NCBI GenBank assembly: GCA_965218295.1
Contig: CBDCKN010000015.1
Span: forward strand, 96,001-160,000
Reading direction: 5' to 3'
Origin: Longimicrobiales bacterium
GTDB lineage: Bacteria > Gemmatimonadota > Gemmatimonadetes > Longimicrobiales > Gaopeijiaceae
Length of the DNA: 64,000 bases
Made by a program: the position numbers and the translations under genes. The notes under the pieces are model-generated. The model was not told the DNA's origin. It made no database searches and saw nothing but the letters and a program-made list of their open reading frames with translations. This document shows, in pieces, positions 59,924 through 64,000 of the stretch (positions within the stretch are counted from its first letter, which is position 1; each line of letters starts with the position of its first letter).

Positions 59924-60086
59924 TGTTCCGTTTCCGAAGTTCGCGAGTCACCAAGAGGGCCGGGGCGCCGTGGGATCAAGGCGGGACGACGCGGCGTAGC
60001 GCAAGCTACGGCAAGGAGTTCCAACGCCGAGCCCACGGATGCACTGTGCACTCGACTGGCCGAGACACTTTGGTAACGGGACACTA
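59921..60086. mobile_element. MITE-like element, copy 2 (162-bp core plus TA duplications)
   Basis: TA-GTGTTCCGTTTCCGAAGT ... ACTTTGGTAACGGGACAC-TA; homologous to 33749..33933. Confidence 0.8.
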
Positions 60087-60153
60087 GCGTCGAGCGCCGC
60101 GACCGTGCCTGACCGGGTGGGCTGGAGCCCCGAGACGCCTCGGCCGTGATGCT

Positions 60154-61049
60154 ATGAAGTGGAAGCGCGTTGGGATTCTGGCCTTGATCACGTTGGGCTC
60201 CGGAAGCGTCGCGCAGCTGGCCGACCGATACGGTACGCTCACGGGAGTCGAAGACCTCGAGCTTCTTACGCTCGATCTCCGGCAACGGGCCGCCTCGGAG
60301 CAGCTCCGCCGGACCCGGGGCGGGACCGAGGTGGTGCTCGTCTTCTTCGATCAAGCGGCCTCGGAGAGCTGGAACTGGCTGTCCCCCTTCCCCCGCGCCC
60401 ACCTGGCGGACCTCATCGATGCCGTCTCCTTCGCGGGGGCCAAGACCATCGGTCTGGACGTCTATCTCGATCGTCGCTACGACCTGCTCAATTCGGTGGA
60501 CGGCGGAGACGATCGACTGCGTCAGTCCATGGCCAACGCTGGCAACGTCTTCCTCGTCTCTCTGGTTGTGGACTCCGAGGACGGCGAGACCAAGGTCCTT
60601 GCCCAGCCCGATCCGTACTTCGCCAACGTCGCCGCCGGGGTAGCCTCCGCCGACCTGCCGACACCGTTCGAGACCATCCGGGATGGCACGCTGGTGGTTC
60701 GGTCCGGGGACGGGCTCGCTCCCGGCTTCGCCCTGGCTCTCTATCTGCACTCACGGGGGCTCTCAACCTCGATGACGTGATGTCCGAGGCCAAGGCCAAC
60801 GCGCGCTTGGCGCTTCCGGGTCTACCCCGCGGGACGGGGGACATACCCGAGGATTGGTGGCAGCCGGATGTCACTCCAGAGAGCTATGCCGTGACGTTCC
60901 CGCTGCACTTCATGGGGCCCCCCTCACACACGGTCCAGGGAGAGGTCGATGTCGGCACTTTCCAGGCCGTGGCATCCCTGAGCGCGGTGGGACTCGCGTA
61001 TCTAAGTCCGGAGTTCTTCAAGGGCAAGATCGTCCTGCTTGGGACGGGC
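60154..61049 (+). pseudogene. CHASE2 sensor protein, N-terminal part (frameshift near 60761, truncated near 61049)
   Basis: PFPRAHLADLI, GAKTIGLDVYL, FKGKIVLLG; no following TM helices or output domain. Confidence 0.8.
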
Positions 61050-62023
61050 ATCAGGGCCTCTTCGAGGACGACGGAGTGGTGGCCCTGACGCGTGAGTCCG
61101 TCCGCGGCATCACGCACCTGGGGGGCACCATCCTGGGCACCACCAGCCGTGGAAATCCCCTGGAGTGGCCCGTGGAGCGACCCGACGGATCGGTGGAGCT
61201 CGTAGACCGGTCCGACGAGATCATCGGAGAGTTCCGCCGTCGAGGGATTGACGCTCTGATCGCCATCGGAGGGGACGGCTCGCTCCGAATCGCGTCGGTG
61301 CTGGCCGACAAGGGGCTCTCGGTCGTGGGAGTCCCCAAGACCATCGACAACGATCTGGCTTCGACCCAGGTGACCTTTGGCTTCCACACCGCCGTAGCCA
61401 CGGCCACCGACGCTATCGGCCGGCTCCACTCCACCGCAGAGGCTCACGGCCGTGTCATGGTAGTGGAGCTAATGGGTCGGAACGCCGGCTGGATCGCATT
61501 GTTCGCCGGTGTAGCGGCCACGGCCGACGTGATCCTCATACCCGAGATTCCGTACAGCCTCGATACATTGTGCGCCAGGATCGAGGACCGCTACGAGGCG
61601 GGGCACGGGTTCGCCATCGTGGTCGCCGCCGAGGGCGCAGCCGAGGCGGGTGGATCACAGACATTCAAGGAGCAGATCCAGGGCGGGGCCTCTCCCCGCC
61701 TCGGCGGCATCGGTGAGAGGCTCGCCGCCCAGATCGAGGAGCGAACCGGTCGCGAGACTCGATCTCTCGCCCTCGGTCACCTCCAGCGGGGAGGGGAGCC
61801 CAGCGCCTACGACCGCCTTCTGGCTCTTCGCTTCGGATCGGCCGCCGTGGAGCTGATAAGGGACCGGCGCTTCGGCTGTATGGTGGCTCTCGACCCGCCC
61901 GACGTTCTGGCCGTCCCCCTGAGCGAGGCCATCGCGAAGGTGAAGCTCGTGCCCGTGGATGGCGACGTGGTGCGGACGGCCAGGAGCGTGGGGATCTCGT
62001 TCGGAGACGAGCAGCTAGCCTGA
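61043..62023 (+). pseudogene. pfkA: 6-phosphofructokinase (group III type), N-terminally truncated
   Basis: GGTILGT, GGDGS, PKTIDND, MGRNAG, GHLQRGG; lacks the N-terminal GGDxPG segment and a start codon. Confidence 0.88.
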
Positions 62024-63700
62024 GTGCGGGCGGGACGCGACGAAGCTCCTCAGCGTCCCGATGGCCAGAACCGTGAGAGCCCCCACCACGTTGTAGTAGA
62101 GCCACGAGATGTCCGTCGTGATGGACACCACGAAGACGGCCAGCATGCCGCCCAACAGTCCCCAAAAGGCGCCGTTTCCGTCGGCATCCTTTACCATGAA
62201 GGCCAGGAGGAAGACACCCAGGAGCGATCCGTAGAAGAACGAGCCCACCTGATTCACGGCTTCGAGAAGCGATCCGAGCCTGCCGGCATAGAGCGCCACT
62301 CCACACGCGAACAGTCCCCAGAACAACGTCGTGATGCGGGATACGGTCAGGTAGTGCGCCTCCGACGCCCCCACCCGAAAATGTCGTCTGTAAAAGTCGA
62401 TGACCGTAGCGCTGGATAGTGCCGTGAGCTCCGAGTCGAGGGACGACATGGCCGCGGCGAAGATTACGGCAATCATGAGCCCGAGGAGGCCAGCCGGCAC
62501 GTACCTGATGAGGTAGGACGGGAAGACATAGTTCACGTCGTTGGACGAGGCCCCCCGGACCTCGGAGACGACGGCCCTCGCCTCCCTGCGGAGCCCCTGC
62601 AGCTGTCCGTCGTACTCGCCGATGCGCTGTTGCAGATCGGCCAGATCTTGGCCCTCACGCCGGGCTTCAAGGAGGCCGAGCGTCGCCTGCCTCCGCAGCG
62701 AGTGCACGTCTCCGTGCTCCCGCTCGAGCCTCCTGAACTCGTCCCCGCTCCGGCTCTCCCGCACCATGGTCACCTCTGCCGAGTTGAAGAGCAGCGGTGG
62801 GCGCTCGAAGTGGTAGAAGACAAAGAGCAGGACGCCGATGGACAAGATGGCGAACTGCATCGGCACCTTGAGAAACGCGTTGAAGATGAGCGACAGCCTG
62901 GCGGATCTTAGAGAGTCGGCCGTCAGGTACCGCTGAACCTGGCTCTGGTCGCACCCGAAATACGCCAGGGCCAGAAAGAACCCCCCGATCATCCCGGACC
63001 AGATCGTATAGGTGTTCGTCGGATCCCACGACCAGTCAATGCTCGACCACATCTCCTGGATCCCACCGATGTAGACGACGTCGGCCACGCCCACCTCGCC
63101 CGGGAGAGTGCCGAACAGGATGACCAAAGCCGCCGCGATTCCTACGAACATCATCAGCATCTGGATGACGTCGGTCCAGATGACGGCGGTGATCCCGCCG
63201 GCCATCGTATAGGCGATCGTGACCACCGCCATGATGAGAATCGTGATCTTCTCGTCCCATCCCATGATCACCGAGAGAACGATGGCCGGTGCGTAGAGGA
63301 CGATGCCGGCCGCCAGCCCACGAGAGATGAGAAACAGGAAGCTCGTCAGCGAGCGCGTCTTGGCGTCGAATCGATTCTCCAGGTACTCGTAGGCCGTAAA
63401 GACCTTGGAGCGGTAGAAGAAGGGGACGAAGAGAACGCACAGGATAACCATGACGAAGGGCTGCGGGAGGTACACCTGGATGAATTCCATCCCGTCGTCG
63501 AAGGCCTGCCCGGTGGTCCCGATGAAGGTGATGGCGCTGGCCTGGGTCGCCATGACCGACAGGCCGATCGCCGCCCACGGAAGGCGTCGATTGCCCAGAA
63601 AGAACCCCTCGACCCCGACGTTCTTTCGGCTCTGATACAGGGCGAACCCGATGACGCCGCCGAAGTAGACGGCGAAGACCGTCCAGTCGAGGGCCGTCAC
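62015..63700 (-). CDS. Sodium:solute symporter
   Basis: SVMATQASAITF, TAYEYLE, DQSQVQRYL, AAMSSLDS. Confidence 0.93.
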   Translation of the reverse strand: MTALDWTVFAVYFGGVIGFALYQSRKNVGVEGFFLGNRRLPWAAIGLSVMATQASAITFIGTTGQAFDDGMEFIQVYLPQPFVMVILCVLFVPFFYRSKVFTAYEYLENRFDAKTRSLTSFLFLISRGLAAGIVLYAPAIVLSVIMGWDEKITILIMAVVTIAYTMAGGITAVIWTDVIQMLMMFVGIAAALVILFGTLPGEVGVADVVYIGGIQEMWSSIDWSWDPTNTYTIWSGMIGGFFLALAYFGCDQSQVQRYLTADSLRSARLSLIFNAFLKVPMQFAILSIGVLLFVFYHFERPPLLFNSAEVTMVRESRSGDEFRRLEREHGDVHSLRRQATLGLLEARREGQDLADLQQRIGEYDGQLQGLRREARAVVSEVRGASSNDVNYVFPSYLIRYVPAGLLGLMIAVIFAAAMSSLDSELTALSSATVIDFYRRHFRVGASEAHYLTVSRITTLFWGLFACGVALYAGRLGSLLEAVNQVGSFFYGSLLGVFLLAFMVKDADGNGAFWGLLGGMLAVFVVSITTDISWLYYNVVGALTVLAIGTLRSFVASRPHSG

Positions 63701-63864
63701 GGCGCCCCGAAGTCGAGGGTGACGGTGAAGACGTGCAGGAGTATGATCAGGGCCGTGGAGTAGACCAGGACGGCACCGTATAGCCAGCCCCAGCTCGGGA
63801 AGATTCCAATCCTCCCGCCCTCGTCCTCGTCAGCGGCGTTGGATGGCTCGTCCACGTCTGTCAT
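63697..63864 (-). CDS. Small single-pass membrane protein upstream of the symporter
   Basis: 55 aa MTDVDEPS...FPSWGWLYGAVLVY...; stop overlaps the symporter GTG; below the ORF-track size cutoff. Confidence 0.7.
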   Translation of the reverse strand: MTDVDEPSNAADEDEGGRIGIFPSWGWLYGAVLVYSTALIILLHVFTVTLDFGAP

Positions 63865-63867
63865 CGG

Positions 63868-64000
63868 TCACCGCGATCCCTGATGCGCATTCCACTCGGC
63901 CGCGGTCAGCGACACGAGGTTGGCGAAGAGCCGGTAGGCCCCCGGGACACCGGCGGGGAACTGCCGGAAGAAGGAGAGGGCCACGTAAGCATAGATCCCC
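63868..64000 (-). CDS. C-terminus of a PIG-L/LmbE family deacetylase (partial)
   Basis: YVALSFFRQFPAGVPGAYRLFANL, the characteristic end of this family, often found upstream of SSS genes. Confidence 0.7.
   Translation of the reverse strand, partial: GIYAYVALSFFRQFPAGVPGAYRLFANLVSLTAAEWNAHQGSR

Noticed and set aside
60854..61042. Apparent novel N-terminus of PfkA
   Set aside because: It is an off-frame read of CHASE2 sequence upstream of the deletion junction.
1..64000. CRISPR arrays, tRNA/rRNA genes, prophage or known anti-phage systems
   Set aside because: No regularly spaced repeats, cloverleaf or rRNA signatures, or phage/defence hallmark proteins seen by eye; tRNAscan, cmscan and DefenseFinder would confirm.

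Overview
High-GC bacterial chromosomal segment. Gene content (DUF5916 outer-membrane proteins, PadR/ADOP permease pair, PD40 and M28-PDZ proteins, a second GyrA paralogue) suggests Gemmatimonadota; this is inference. From left to right: an accessory type II fatty-acid synthase operon (enoyl reductase-fabH-fabA-fabZ-fabF-acp); a PP2C/FHA/Ser-Thr kinase/TPR signalling group; two Tat-exported molybdenum hydroxylases with two DUF5916 proteins and PadR+ADOP; housekeeping and metabolic genes (queG, GT2, lat, queE, Nudix, M28, GyrA/ParC, ECF sigma with anti-sigma, PLP decarboxylase); a divergent paaA-D-B-C-type diiron epoxidase operon with a split PaaD and a perfect 20-bp operator; and a candidate cyclic-nucleotide signalling locus (cNMP pseudo-phosphatase, IS256-interrupted giant lipoprotein, MBL hydrolase, secreted metacaspase, CHASE2 fragment), followed by a pfkA fragment and a Na+:solute symporter. 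Two copies of a highly structured MITE-like element with TA target duplications are present. Eight small frameshifts and three apparent deletions point to an imperfectly polished assembly or to local decay.
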